Counted from the stretch's first letter, positions 18,363 through 28,090 are shown. The stretch: DNA of 31,075 nucleotides from an uncultured archaeon (GCA_964549075.1 CAZJUB010000028.1:1-31075); one strand, 5' to 3'. The notes: generated from the sequence alone by a model not told the origin. Program-made: numbers and translations.

Positions 18363-19188
18363 TCTCTGCTATCTTTTTCCCTTCTTCTAAGCATAATTTC
18401 AATACTTCAAATCCGTTAGAAATAAGTCTACGTAGAGATTGAAAATTGGTAAAATCTTCCATAAATGCTATCCACCCTTCATAATAGAAATCTTTGTAAC
18501 TTTCTGAAATTAAATGATAATCATGTTTTTCCAATTCTTCTGTGATTTTAGTTCTATTCAAGTCCCAAAATGCTAATGGATCATCTGATGATTGGGTTAA
18601 TAATCTTACAGGCGATGGAGATACTCTCCAGCTCATTCTTCTAGCTGATGACCATAAATCATATCCTGTTTTTTCAAACATATCCATAGGTAATGATTGT
18701 AGAAATTCTTCAAGTAATAAAAGATTCTTTAAATCAACTTGTTTAATGAAATCATTGGATTTGGTTTGATATTGAGGAATTTCAGGTTTACCATATATTA
18801 CCTTAATACTGGATTCACGAGGATGAATAAAGTCAACAATTTTCATAATATCGTCGAGTTTAAGAATTTGCATTCTAGGTAGATGAAAATAATTTGGATT
18901 AGTTTCTATGAATCGAGATTCATAGGTTTCTGATATGTTAACAGCTTCATGAAATGAAGTATCATCATTTAGAAACTGGGCATAATCAAACAATTTTATG
19001 TGGATATCCACATCACTTAGAACTGGCACATAATCGATATAACTATCCCAATCCTTGGTTGCAGAACCTTTTGCGTAAGCATACTTAATTGATTTTGAAT
19101 AATTTGTTTGGAATATATCCCTCCAAATCTCTAAACATGAGTCTACTTCTTTGCGAGCTTGTTTCATATACTCAGAATGCTGATTCAT
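18343..19188 (-). CDS. Pol-beta superfamily nucleotidyltransferase-like protein
   Basis: YAYAKGSATK...VLSDVDIHI (GS...DxD), followed by a helical C-terminal domain. Confidence 0.7.
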   Translation of the reverse strand: MNQHSEYMKQARKEVDSCLEIWRDIFQTNYSKSIKYAYAKGSATKDWDSYIDYVPVLSDVDIHIKLFDYAQFLNDDTSFHEAVNISETYESRFIETNPNYFHLPRMQILKLDDIMKIVDFIHPRESSIKVIYGKPEIPQYQTKSNDFIKQVDLKNLLLLEEFLQSLPMDMFEKTGYDLWSSARRMSWRVSPSPVRLLTQSSDDPLAFWDLNRTKITEELEKHDYHLISESYKDFYYEGWIAFMEDFTNFQSLRRLISNGFEVLKLCLEEGKKIAETTQLLE

Positions 19189-19283
19189 AGATTTAATAAT
19201 ACAGTAATTCTTTTTATTTTATTGGTTAAATGAGTATAAAAACAGCTTTTTAAATGTTTAAATACTAATCTCTTCAAATATAA

Positions 19284-20612
19284 ATGGAAGAGAATTTTAT
19301 GAGCTTTGAGAGAGATAAAGGAGATGAGTTATTTTCTCAATTCAATTTCCTAGAAGCATTTCGTTGGTATCTCAAAGCAAGAGAAATTTTCTATCTTAAA
19401 GGCAAAGAAGAAGATTTAAGAGATGTTGAAATAAAAATTGCTCGATGTTTTGCACTTTTAGGTCAAAGGCAAGAATCTATTGATATCCTTACTGAATTAG
19501 CTGAACAAACCAAAGAACGTCTTCTTATTGATAACTATTATTTGGTATTACTAGAACTCATAGCTACTCACTTTGCTTATGGTTATTATGAAAGAGGAAA
19601 AGTGCTTTTAGATCAACTCGAAGAAGGTCAAATAACAATTTCTAATCCTCAAATCTTTTTCAGATATTGGCAAATAAGAGCTCAACTCCTAATAGTTTAT
19701 CACAATTTATCAGATGCAAGAGAAATTGTACATTTTCTTATGGATAAAGCTAAAGAAATTGGGAATGAACCTTATTTTCATGAACTACAAGTTCTTGAAG
19801 CTCAAATTGATGCAGAAGAAGGCGATGTTTTAAAAGCATATTCAAGTATAGACGAAGCTTTCAAGTATTTTGAAAAAACACCTTTTGAAAGATCAGCTTT
19901 TGAAAAGAAAATTATTCTCTCACAATTTGTTGAAGAACCAGAAGAAACAATCAGATTAATAGATGAATATCTAGAAAGGTATCAACCAGATGATTTCCAT
20001 CCTCTTATGTTTAATGCTCAACGAATAGAACTCGAATTGAGATCTGAAAAGATATCTCCTGAGGAAGCTGTTGAAAAAGGAGAAAGATTGTTATTTTCAG
20101 CTGAAAGTATTGAACATATGGAATTATCCTCTAAAGTGAGAAGACTAATGGCTGGATTATATCAATCTATTGGCAATCCTAATGATTCATTTAAATCGTT
20201 TGAAAAAGCAAAAAACTATTTTGAGAAAGAAAAACTAGAATATGAAGAAGCGATTACGACTTTTATCTATTTACCTGCATTGTTACAATTTCATTCTGCT
20301 AAACTTCTTGGATTGACAGGCTATCTCGGTGGACCAAGAATCAGAAATACTGCATTAATAGATCAAATGGATTTAGCTTTAGAAATCGAAAGAATAGGGG
20401 AAATTTTCGAAAAATATAATGATCCTGTAAGAGCAAAAATGGCTAGATTCTTTTTATTGTCCTATAAAATCTCAATGATTGGGATGAATCAAGAATACAA
20501 GAAGTCTATTAATGAAATTAATGATATTTATCAGTGGATGTTAGATGAAGGTGAACTTCATTATTCAGAAATGATAGGGCAATTTTTAGAATTAGTGAAC
20601 CAGTTTAGGTAG
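19284..20612 (+). CDS. TPR-like alpha-solenoid protein
   Basis: Repeated helix pairs, e.g. GDELFSQFNFLEAFRWYLKAREIF, AGLYQSIGNPNDSFKSFEKAKNYF. Confidence 0.8.
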   Translation: MEENFMSFERDKGDELFSQFNFLEAFRWYLKAREIFYLKGKEEDLRDVEIKIARCFALLGQRQESIDILTELAEQTKERLLIDNYYLVLLELIATHFAYGYYERGKVLLDQLEEGQITISNPQIFFRYWQIRAQLLIVYHNLSDAREIVHFLMDKAKEIGNEPYFHELQVLEAQIDAEEGDVLKAYSSIDEAFKYFEKTPFERSAFEKKIILSQFVEEPEETIRLIDEYLERYQPDDFHPLMFNAQRIELELRSEKISPEEAVEKGERLLFSAESIEHMELSSKVRRLMAGLYQSIGNPNDSFKSFEKAKNYFEKEKLEYEEAITTFIYLPALLQFHSAKLLGLTGYLGGPRIRNTALIDQMDLALEIERIGEIFEKYNDPVRAKMARFFLLSYKISMIGMNQEYKKSINEINDIYQWMLDEGELHYSEMIGQFLELVNQFR

Positions 20613-20613
20613 A

Positions 20614-21429
20614 GTGCAGTTAATGAAAAGATACAATCCAAATGAAAGAGTTCAAGTTTATCGTCCTATCCATGAATTTCTTAATCTTTTAAGTAAGGAA
20701 ATTGAGAATGATATTGAACAAGGAAAATATGAGGATATATTGATAGAATCACCAACATCAAGAAATCAAAAATCAATCATAGGTAGACTTCCAGATCCTG
20801 CAGAAAGATTGTTGGTTTTGGCACTAACAGCTAAAGAGATGATTGACAAGAAGAAGACAGATGAAAGAAATGTTCTTTTTAGTTTATTTCGAATCCCACA
20901 ATTTATTTTTCCAAATTTTAATGAAGAAAACATCTCTCTCTACTCACAAGCAGAATTAAGTGAGGTTCTTAATTTTGTTAAAAAGTTTAATATGTATTTA
21001 CCTCAACATTCCCCTAGATTTGATTCGAAAACGACCTCTATTTTAAAAATAGAATTTTATATCAATGCATATTTATATCTTGCAAAATCAATGATTGAAA
21101 AACGTTTTCCCTTTGCTAATGATTATTACGATTTTATGATCTTTTTAATTAGTGAATTTTTTACCATATTGAAGCCACAAATAGATGAAAATGAAAGAGA
21201 AATTCAGAATATAGCAATTACTCTTAAGAATTTCTTAGATTATACAACTATAGTTTACCTTATCGAGAATTTTCCTGAACAAATCAGTAAAGTAGTTTTT
21301 ATTTTAAATACAATAAAAGATTTGAAATTCGATGATAACGAGAAAGAATTACTCACTGATATTTTGAAAGATTCAATACTTATAAATCGTAAAGATAGAG
21401 AACTATTTTTGGAAAAAATTAACTTCTAA
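20614..21429 (+). CDS. Hypothetical helical protein, co-transcribed with the TPR gene
   Basis: 271 aa ORF starting 1 nt after the TPR stop (GTG 20614, or ATG 20623); no motif recognised. Confidence 0.7.
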   Translation: MQLMKRYNPNERVQVYRPIHEFLNLLSKEIENDIEQGKYEDILIESPTSRNQKSIIGRLPDPAERLLVLALTAKEMIDKKKTDERNVLFSLFRIPQFIFPNFNEENISLYSQAELSEVLNFVKKFNMYLPQHSPRFDSKTTSILKIEFYINAYLYLAKSMIEKRFPFANDYYDFMIFLISEFFTILKPQIDENEREIQNIAITLKNFLDYTTIVYLIENFPEQISKVVFILNTIKDLKFDDNEKELLTDILKDSILINRKDRELFLEKINF

Positions 21430-21433
21430 TTCT

Positions 21434-22669
21434 TTAAAATAATAGAATAAACATCAGAACTAATATTGATGTTGTCACTAAATCAGCACTGGAACTTAAT
21501 AGTGGATTAACTAGATTATCTGGATCAAGACCAAATTTAAATGATAGAAATGCAGCAGATAGTGCTATAACACTTATTATCACAAACGAGAGAAAATTAG
21601 TTATAAGTAATAATCCTAAAATCCTTAAGTAAATTAAGAATGTAATTCCCTGAGGAAATAAAAGAACCCCAATTATACTCATTAAAGATACAATTAGTAT
21701 TGCCCCAGTAACTATTCCCAAATAAGTTATCAAGAAATCTTGTGTTTTAAGAGATTTAAGGGAAGGTTTTATACTCCCTAGATGTAGTTTTGTTGAAGTT
21801 GTATTAGCAAGGATAGAATTTTGACTTCCAACTGAACTAATAATAGCGGGATAAAAGACTATGATTATTGGAGAGAGGATTGATGAGAGAGAGGCTAAAA
21901 CTGAACCTGTTCCTGTTGCAATCAAATTTGTTATCGTTAGAACTGGTAGCGATTGTGATATGCCTTTCATGAAAAAATTACTTTGTCTGAGCTTAACGAT
22001 TGCAAAAATAATAAAAACGGTTGAAATCACTAGAAGCGGGATTCCTAAAAATAAATAGAGATGCACATTTTCTTCCCAAGGTCGATACACCCAACATATT
22101 AGAAAAAATACAATGGTTATAATTATATCATTTACAGATGATGTCACGGGATAAACATACAAATCTGGATCTTTCTTTTTCTTGTAGATAAAGAAAGCTA
22201 ATAGAAATGTGATTAACATAGAAACAGTTGCAGTTAATACAAATGTTGTAATGGTAATAGCAAAGATTTTAAGAATATATTTTAGTGGATTGAAGGGAAG
22301 CGTATAAAGTTTCATTAATATGCCGATGATAGATGTTACGGTTCCTATCAAAATTGCATCATAAATTGATAAAAAGAATATTAATACAATTAATTCAATA
22401 AAATTATCCGTGTTTTTTCTCCATGATGGTTTGATGGTCCCCAGATGTAAAGCTGTACCAAGCTTTCCAGTAAGAATACCATTTATATCACCTCGTACAG
22501 TAAGTAGAAGAGGATAAATCAGGAAAACCCATGGTAGTATCGGTTGTAAAGGTTTTAATAATGTAGCTGCACTCCCTGCAGCTAAACCTGTTACACCAAA
22601 AATCATTCCACCTAATACAGTTAGTGTAAATCCTGCATATAGAGAGAAGGTGGAACGATTCGTTTTCAT
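21434..22669 (-). CDS. MgtE/SLC41-type magnesium transporter with two tandem membrane domains
   Basis: RGDINGIL..KLGTALHLG...DPDLYVYPVTSSVND and GSQNSIL..STKLHLG...GLDPDNLVNPLLSSSAD; about 10 TM helices. Confidence 0.88.
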   Translation of the reverse strand: MKTNRSTFSLYAGFTLTVLGGMIFGVTGLAAGSAATLLKPLQPILPWVFLIYPLLLTVRGDINGILTGKLGTALHLGTIKPSWRKNTDNFIELIVLIFFLSIYDAILIGTVTSIIGILMKLYTLPFNPLKYILKIFAITITTFVLTATVSMLITFLLAFFIYKKKKDPDLYVYPVTSSVNDIIITIVFFLICWVYRPWEENVHLYLFLGIPLLVISTVFIIFAIVKLRQSNFFMKGISQSLPVLTITNLIATGTGSVLASLSSILSPIIIVFYPAIISSVGSQNSILANTTSTKLHLGSIKPSLKSLKTQDFLITYLGIVTGAILIVSLMSIIGVLLFPQGITFLIYLRILGLLLITNFLSFVIISVIALSAAFLSFKFGLDPDNLVNPLLSSSADLVTTSILVLMFILLF

Positions 22670-22737
22670 ACTTGTGTGAAAATCATAGAATCTTAATAAA
22701 GATAATTGTTATTAAGGAAAACGACTGAATAGAAATT

Positions 22738-23109
22738 TTAACCGTGATGAATTCCTAATTTTTCAATTATCTCTATTCTTCGTTTTACTAAGGCGAAGAA
22801 AGTTTCAGCAATTTCATTTGTTTTCTTAAGCTTTGGATCTTTTTCTAACAGTTCTATATAGCGTTTTGACAAGGGTGTACCAGCATTAGATACTTTTTTT
22901 GCTACTTCAAGTGCTTCAGCATATTTTTGTTGCATAAGCAAATGCGAAAATAGAAGGTTAGGATTTATTTTTACATCATCTGTAGGAATTAAGTCTAGAT
23001 TAAGAAGCAATATCCAAGAGAGTGTATCAAATAAATCTGGATCTACTTGATCACATATTTGCTTCAAATCAACATATTTCTCTTCTCCAACTGTACTCAT
23101 ATGTATCAC
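22738..23109 (-). CDS. Hypothetical protein
   Basis: 123 aa ORF (likely start ATG 23100), helical, no motif recognised. Confidence 0.65.
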   Translation of the reverse strand: MIHMSTVGEEKYVDLKQICDQVDPDLFDTLSWILLLNLDLIPTDDVKINPNLLFSHLLMQQKYAEALEVAKKVSNAGTPLSKRYIELLEKDPKLKKTNEIAETFFALVKRRIEIIEKLGIHHG

Positions 23110-23274
23110 GATATTATGTTTTTTCTTCCATAATCAATTATAAATTTTTTCTTGGAGATTAAATATGAACTCAACTTTCAGAACAAAATATAATAGAAAG
23201 GAATACAAAGACATACAATATTTTGAAAAACAAAGGAATAATTCTTTTACCACTAACTTTGATTTCCTTGTTTT

Positions 23275-24216
23275 CTATTTTATTGCAATTACTAAAACTA
23301 TCTCTCGTAGGTGAATAATTTCAACATTTTCACTTCCAAAAACCTTAGCTATAGTTTTTTGAAGATTTTCAGGATCAAATTGTCTTAATTCACCTGAAAC
23401 GTTTTTAGGAGTAAAAATCTGAAAACCATGAGTTAAGTATCGCAAAGCTTCAAATAAATAACTCTCGAAATTTAAAATTTCGTAAAAAGCTACTTTACCT
23501 CCAGGTTTAAGGATTCTATGCACTTCTTTTATTAATTCTTCAGAATCTTCTTCATTAAGAAAACCTAAAGTAAGAATAGAGTTAATTCTATCTAAGAAGT
23601 CCTTTTTGAGTGGAATGTTATCTGGACTAGCTCGAATATTTTGGTAAAATGGTACTTGAGTCTCTTTTGCATAAGGTAGAAGAATATTAAACCTATTAGG
23701 AGTATCATCTTCAGATGCTGAAACACACTCATTACACATCTCTGGTACAAGGAACTCTGGATTATTTGGACTTATAACACTATAGTTCATCTCTTTCAGA
23801 CAACCCATTGTTCTGACACACATATCATTTAATATTTCTATAAGTTGACTTAACATCATCTCAAATATCGAACTAATGCCCCAATAGACCGCTCGATTCA
23901 ATTCATTTCTTCCTGGTTCATTAAGCTCAAGAAATGTTTTGTAACCCTGTCCTGGAATTGATTTGGTAGTGATAAAATCAGATTTTTCAAGTTTATCAAA
24001 AATAGCATAAAATGAGCTTTCTGGTTTATTTGCTATACTTTCGTGTTTATTTCGTAGAACTGATATCAGTTCACCTTTATAGACTGGTTCAGATGATCTG
24101 TTTAAGATTTTTAGAATTTCTAACTCAATCCAATTTACTGAAAAAACTGTTAAAATTCGTTTATCATCTTTTGAAATGTCAATTAAAAGCGAGTTATCAT
24201 TTTCGAAACTATCCAT
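23275..24216 (-). CDS. Winged-helix (PadR/MarR-like) domain fused to a Cys-rich linker and methyltransferase-like C-terminal domain
   Basis: ILKIL...YKGELI...SSFYAIFDKLEKSDFI...LELNEPGRNEL (wHTH); NIPLKKDFLDRI...IKEVHRILKPGGKVAFYE (MTase motifs II/III). Confidence 0.72.
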   Translation of the reverse strand: MDSFENDNSLLIDISKDDKRILTVFSVNWIELEILKILNRSSEPVYKGELISVLRNKHESIANKPESSFYAIFDKLEKSDFITTKSIPGQGYKTFLELNEPGRNELNRAVYWGISSIFEMMLSQLIEILNDMCVRTMGCLKEMNYSVISPNNPEFLVPEMCNECVSASEDDTPNRFNILLPYAKETQVPFYQNIRASPDNIPLKKDFLDRINSILTLGFLNEEDSEELIKEVHRILKPGGKVAFYEILNFESYLFEALRYLTHGFQIFTPKNVSGELRQFDPENLQKTIAKVFGSENVEIIHLREIVLVIAIK

Positions 24217-24293
24217 GAAAGCACCATCTTAGAGATTTAAATGTATAATATAAGATTTATCAATCGACAGAAAAATAAAGAATGAAAGAAGAA

Positions 24294-24959
24294 TTACTTC
24301 TTTTGTTTTCTTTTACGGATTACTACAAGTGCACCAATTGTAAAAACACCAGTTACAGCCCACCATACTTGGAAAGGACTTTCAGTAGTGTAACCGAGAT
24401 AAGACAGTTCAATTGTACTGTTACTGTCGGTACCATTGTTATAGAAAAACTCATAGTATCTATCTGTCAAACCAGTTGTAGAATTAATATCCATATCTAC
24501 AAACAGCAAATTACCAGAATCTACTATTGTGAAGTTGACATTAAACTGAAATCCCACACCACTAGTAACGTTAAAGAGATCTGCTTCTGCTTCAAATTCT
24601 TGACGAATTGTTGTGTTAGTGGCTCCAGAATCTGATAATTTATATAGATGCCAGAATAGAGGAAATCCTTCACCTGTATATTTGTCTCCATCAACTTTTA
24701 CACTTGCATAAACCTTTTCCAAATCTGCTTCTTGAATAGGTCCTGGATACAAATCATCTTTCAATGTGACAGTAAAATTAACACCAACTGGGATATTCTC
24801 ATAGAAATCTATCGATTGAGTAACATTCCAAGTAAAGGTACCATCCTTTACCATTAAATCTGAATAGTAGAGTCCATCAACATTCTGTGCTGAAGCGAAA
24901 CGTGTCGCAAAAGCCAACATTAGTATTACAACTAAGCTTAGTTTTATAGCTTTCTTCAA
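24294..24959 (-). CDS. Cell-surface protein with signal peptide and C-terminal sorting-like tail
   Basis: MKKAIKLSLVVILMLAFATRFASA signal; 8 N-x-S/T sequons; ends TTESPFQVWWAVTGVFTIGALVVIRKRKQKK. TTG start with GGTGA site. Confidence 0.85.
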   Translation of the reverse strand: MKKAIKLSLVVILMLAFATRFASAQNVDGLYYSDLMVKDGTFTWNVTQSIDFYENIPVGVNFTVTLKDDLYPGPIQEADLEKVYASVKVDGDKYTGEGFPLFWHLYKLSDSGATNTTIRQEFEAEADLFNVTSGVGFQFNVNFTIVDSGNLLFVDMDINSTTGLTDRYYEFFYNNGTDSNSTIELSYLGYTTESPFQVWWAVTGVFTIGALVVIRKRKQKK

Positions 24960-25098
24960 ATTATATTCACCTAGTTTATTTTACAGCTATGTTAAGAACA
25001 ACATAGGTTTTTTTAAAGTTTACCTTTTACATATGTTTTTTAATACATTTTTAAAAGTTCCTCTAAAAACAAATAAATGGTATTGAAGTGAAAGAAGA

Positions 25099-26766
25099 CT
25101 AGAGTTTTCCTTCTAATCTCAGTATAGCTTCTTCATCTTCTAGTTCTTGCGCTATTTTGAGAGCATTGTTTAAGTATTCTTTTGCTTTTTCAGTTCGAGT
25201 AAAAAGGAATATATTACCCATTTTTTCATATATTCTCATTAAACAAACATAATTTTCTAATTCTTGGCATATCGTAATAACAGCTTGATATTCAACTTGA
25301 GCTTTATTTTCATTAGTTAAGCTTTTAACATCTGCAATTATCTCCTTGAATACTCCTTCATAGAGGGGATTATTCCTCTTTTTAGCTATCTCCAAACCTT
25401 TATCAGCATATGAATTAGATAACTTTTGATTTCTTTCTCTAATTCCCTGTGCTATCTGTCTATATTTGTACATCATCATGTCAAAGTATAGATTATCATC
25501 TTCTTCATTATCAATTATTGATTCTATTATCTTTTCTAACTTCTTCTCTAATTTATCAGCTCTTTTCATATTACTTGTTTGTAATGCTAGTAATTGAGAA
25601 CCTAAATGATTGTAAAAAGCACTAATACTTTTTCCTTCTTTTAGATATATATCACCTACTTCTTCATACAACTTTGAATATTCCAAAATGTCTGTATCAT
25701 TTAATCTTGTAATTTTATTCTCATCATAAATTGTTTCCATCTCATTTACTTCTCTCTTCTTAGATTCTATTAGTTTCAGCTGCTTTTTCTCAATCCGGTT
25801 AATTATGTCAACTATACCTGTGCTTGAATAAATCTCAAAAATTTTCTTTGTTCCAGGAGTTTCCTCAACTGGTTCTGGTTCAGGTAATTTGAGAGAGTGA
25901 AGAAGTGCTTTACCTTTTTTAAGCTGATTTTGGGAGAATTTGTAAGCTTCATCTATGTCGTTTGCTTCAGGCAAATTTGAAACATTTTGTGCAGAAGTCT
26001 TAGCTTTTTGAAGATTCATTACTGCTTTTTGGTAATCTTTCTTTACTAAATCTAAGAGTCCTAATCTATATCTAATACGACTAATAGCTCTATCATCAGA
26101 AAGATTTTCAAAAAAACTAACATTTTCTTGATATAATTTGTAGCTGTGGTCTCTATCAGAGTTAAATAAACAGTGAGCTAATTCAATAGAGTTTTCAGCA
26201 AAGTACTCGCTTTCATCTAATTCCTGTGCTAATTCCCTTGCTTGATTGAACACAACAGCAGCATCTTTTAGATCAAAATTCTTTAAATTTTTACCAAATG
26301 CTGAAAGACTAAGCAAATGTAGTTTCTTATCATCAGATTTTCTAGCTTCAGTAACTGCTTGAAGATAATACTCGGTTGCTTCAGTGTGTTTCTTCTCAGA
26401 TGTAAATAAAGTAGCTATTAATGTGGAAATTTTAGCGGTCAAATAATGCGCTTCAAGTCTTTTACCAACACTAAGTAACTCCAAAGCTCTTTCAATTGTA
26501 CTGATAATTTCCCCCTCTTTAACTTGTTCAATTAATTTGTTATAGTTCTTCTCCAGTTCTTCAGTTTCGTCAACAATTTTATCTTGATAAGTAATTATCA
26601 CATTAGATTCAGATATACCAACATTTTCTTCGTCAGGAATATCCTCTAATCCTACCATGTCGTTCATTTCTTGCATTTCCAACTGAAATTCTTCCATTTC
26701 ATCTAAATCTTCGTATTCTTCTTCCTCAAGATCTTGAATATCCTTTTCTTCATCCATTGTTGTCAC
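25099..26766 (-). CDS. TPR-like solenoid protein with highly acidic N-terminus
   Basis: First about 50 aa very rich in D/E; TPR-like units such as HTEATEYYLQAVTEA, RLGLLDLVKKDYQKAVMNLQKA, TEKAKEYLNNALKIAQEL. Confidence 0.8.
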   Translation of the reverse strand: MTTMDEEKDIQDLEEEEYEDLDEMEEFQLEMQEMNDMVGLEDIPDEENVGISESNVIITYQDKIVDETEELEKNYNKLIEQVKEGEIISTIERALELLSVGKRLEAHYLTAKISTLIATLFTSEKKHTEATEYYLQAVTEARKSDDKKLHLLSLSAFGKNLKNFDLKDAAVVFNQARELAQELDESEYFAENSIELAHCLFNSDRDHSYKLYQENVSFFENLSDDRAISRIRYRLGLLDLVKKDYQKAVMNLQKAKTSAQNVSNLPEANDIDEAYKFSQNQLKKGKALLHSLKLPEPEPVEETPGTKKIFEIYSSTGIVDIINRIEKKQLKLIESKKREVNEMETIYDENKITRLNDTDILEYSKLYEEVGDIYLKEGKSISAFYNHLGSQLLALQTSNMKRADKLEKKLEKIIESIIDNEEDDNLYFDMMMYKYRQIAQGIRERNQKLSNSYADKGLEIAKKRNNPLYEGVFKEIIADVKSLTNENKAQVEYQAVITICQELENYVCLMRIYEKMGNIFLFTRTEKAKEYLNNALKIAQELEDEEAILRLEGKL

Positions 26767-26831
26767 AAGAGTTTTGTTATAATAATAATTTTAGCATAAA
26801 CCATTCTTATACTTATCCCTTAGTTTTATAA

Positions 26832-27212
26832 TTAAGACAATTCTAGTTTATTTTTTAGGATTCTTACCCATGTTTCTAAATCATTTACTAACCAAGCAAT
26901 AGAATCTTGTTTTCCATTTTTGTTTATGAAAAATACTTTTAGTAATTTACGTCCTTTCGTTTTCCCTAGATGACTCTTTACTATATCGATTTTATTGATT
27001 AAATTAAGGGGAATTAGGAAATCTTTACGTGGTATAAGCATTCCAAAAAAAAGCTCTGTTTCAGAAAGAATAAGAATTCCATTACCTCTCACTTGTTTTA
27101 GACCTAAAGATTCTTGTCCAAATGAATTAGCGTTTGTTGGTCCAAGGATAATTGTTCTCTCATCAAATTTTGATAATATCTCAAGTTTTCTTTTCTTAAA
27201 CACCTTATACAC
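26832..27212 (-). CDS. Small PH-like (GRAM/bPH) fold protein
   Basis: ANSFGQES...QVRGNGILILSETELFF...IPLNLI...LLKVFF...SIAWLVNDLETWVRIL: beta strands followed by a terminal helix with Trp. Confidence 0.6.
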   Translation of the reverse strand: MYKVFKKRKLEILSKFDERTIILGPTNANSFGQESLGLKQVRGNGILILSETELFFGMLIPRKDFLIPLNLINKIDIVKSHLGKTKGRKLLKVFFINKNGKQDSIAWLVNDLETWVRILKNKLELS

Positions 27213-28071
27213 CTGAATTTTGCATGTATTTCAAAATAATATCAATTATAGGTTTGGAATGTGTGTTTTTATTTGTTTTCAGATCAAGGAAAATACTATT
27301 CTTTATAATTTCATTTATTTTCTGTGTCATTTCTGTATCATGCATTCTATCCACACTTTCATCTACAACTAAAACTTGATTGTCGAAACCTGCATAAGAA
27401 TCCCAGAATAACTTATTGAAGAAATGTTTTGAAGTCTTTTTCCACTTTAAGGGATCTCCTTCAATTATTGCACGGGCATATTTAGCTGCATGATATTCAT
27501 CTTCTGCTTTGAAGTGTTTAACCCAAAAAATTCCGATAGGTTTGACTATCGCATATAACCATATGGGGAAAATTGTTAAGAGAATTCTTATTGAACGAGG
27601 AAGAGGTATTCTTTCTATTGGTCCTATGAAAACGCTAAGAAAAGGTGATATCATCTTATGAGATAACATATATGCTACTAGCATTGAACTAAAAGATGAT
27701 GAAAGTACAACAACTCTATTTTGATCTAGGTGCAGGAATTCAAATATCTCCTTTATATCCAGAGTAAATCTTTGTGCATCAAATATAGAATCTTTTGTTA
27801 CTTTGCTTGTTCCTTTTTCTCGTGTCTCAATATAAACTACGTTAAAATGTTTCTTTGCTTCCATTAATACTTCATTCCATCCCATAATAATTGAAGCCCA
27901 ACCTGCAATTAGTACCAAAGTAAAAGGCTTAGTTTCTTTTGATTCAGTAGAGCTTCTAAGTATACGAAGCTCACAACCATCTGAAACTTTTACCCAAGAA
28001 ATTTCTGCTATTTTTTCGAATTCTGATAAAGCTAAAAGATCAAATTTAGTTGCATCCTTCTTCTTTTTCAT
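27205..28071 (-). CDS. Alpha/beta-hydrolase-fold protein with atypical nucleophile elbow
   Basis: LVLIAGW, VVYIETREKGTS, VVLSSSFSS (GxSxG position), DESVD, KNTH. Confidence 0.75.
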   Translation of the reverse strand: MKKKKDATKFDLLALSEFEKIAEISWVKVSDGCELRILRSSTESKETKPFTLVLIAGWASIIMGWNEVLMEAKKHFNVVYIETREKGTSKVTKDSIFDAQRFTLDIKEIFEFLHLDQNRVVVLSSSFSSMLVAYMLSHKMISPFLSVFIGPIERIPLPRSIRILLTIFPIWLYAIVKPIGIFWVKHFKAEDEYHAAKYARAIIEGDPLKWKKTSKHFFNKLFWDSYAGFDNQVLVVDESVDRMHDTEMTQKINEIIKNSIFLDLKTNKNTHSKPIIDIILKYMQNSGV

Positions 28072-28090
28072 GGGAATTTAATTTGCTAGT

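Noticed and set aside
23165-23314. 49-codon plus-strand ORF (MNSTFRTKYNRKEY...) with GGAG upstream
   Set aside because: No motif, overlaps the 3' end of the 23275 gene on the opposite strand and covers the likely promoter/terminator region. Cannot be supported without ribosome profiling or homologues.
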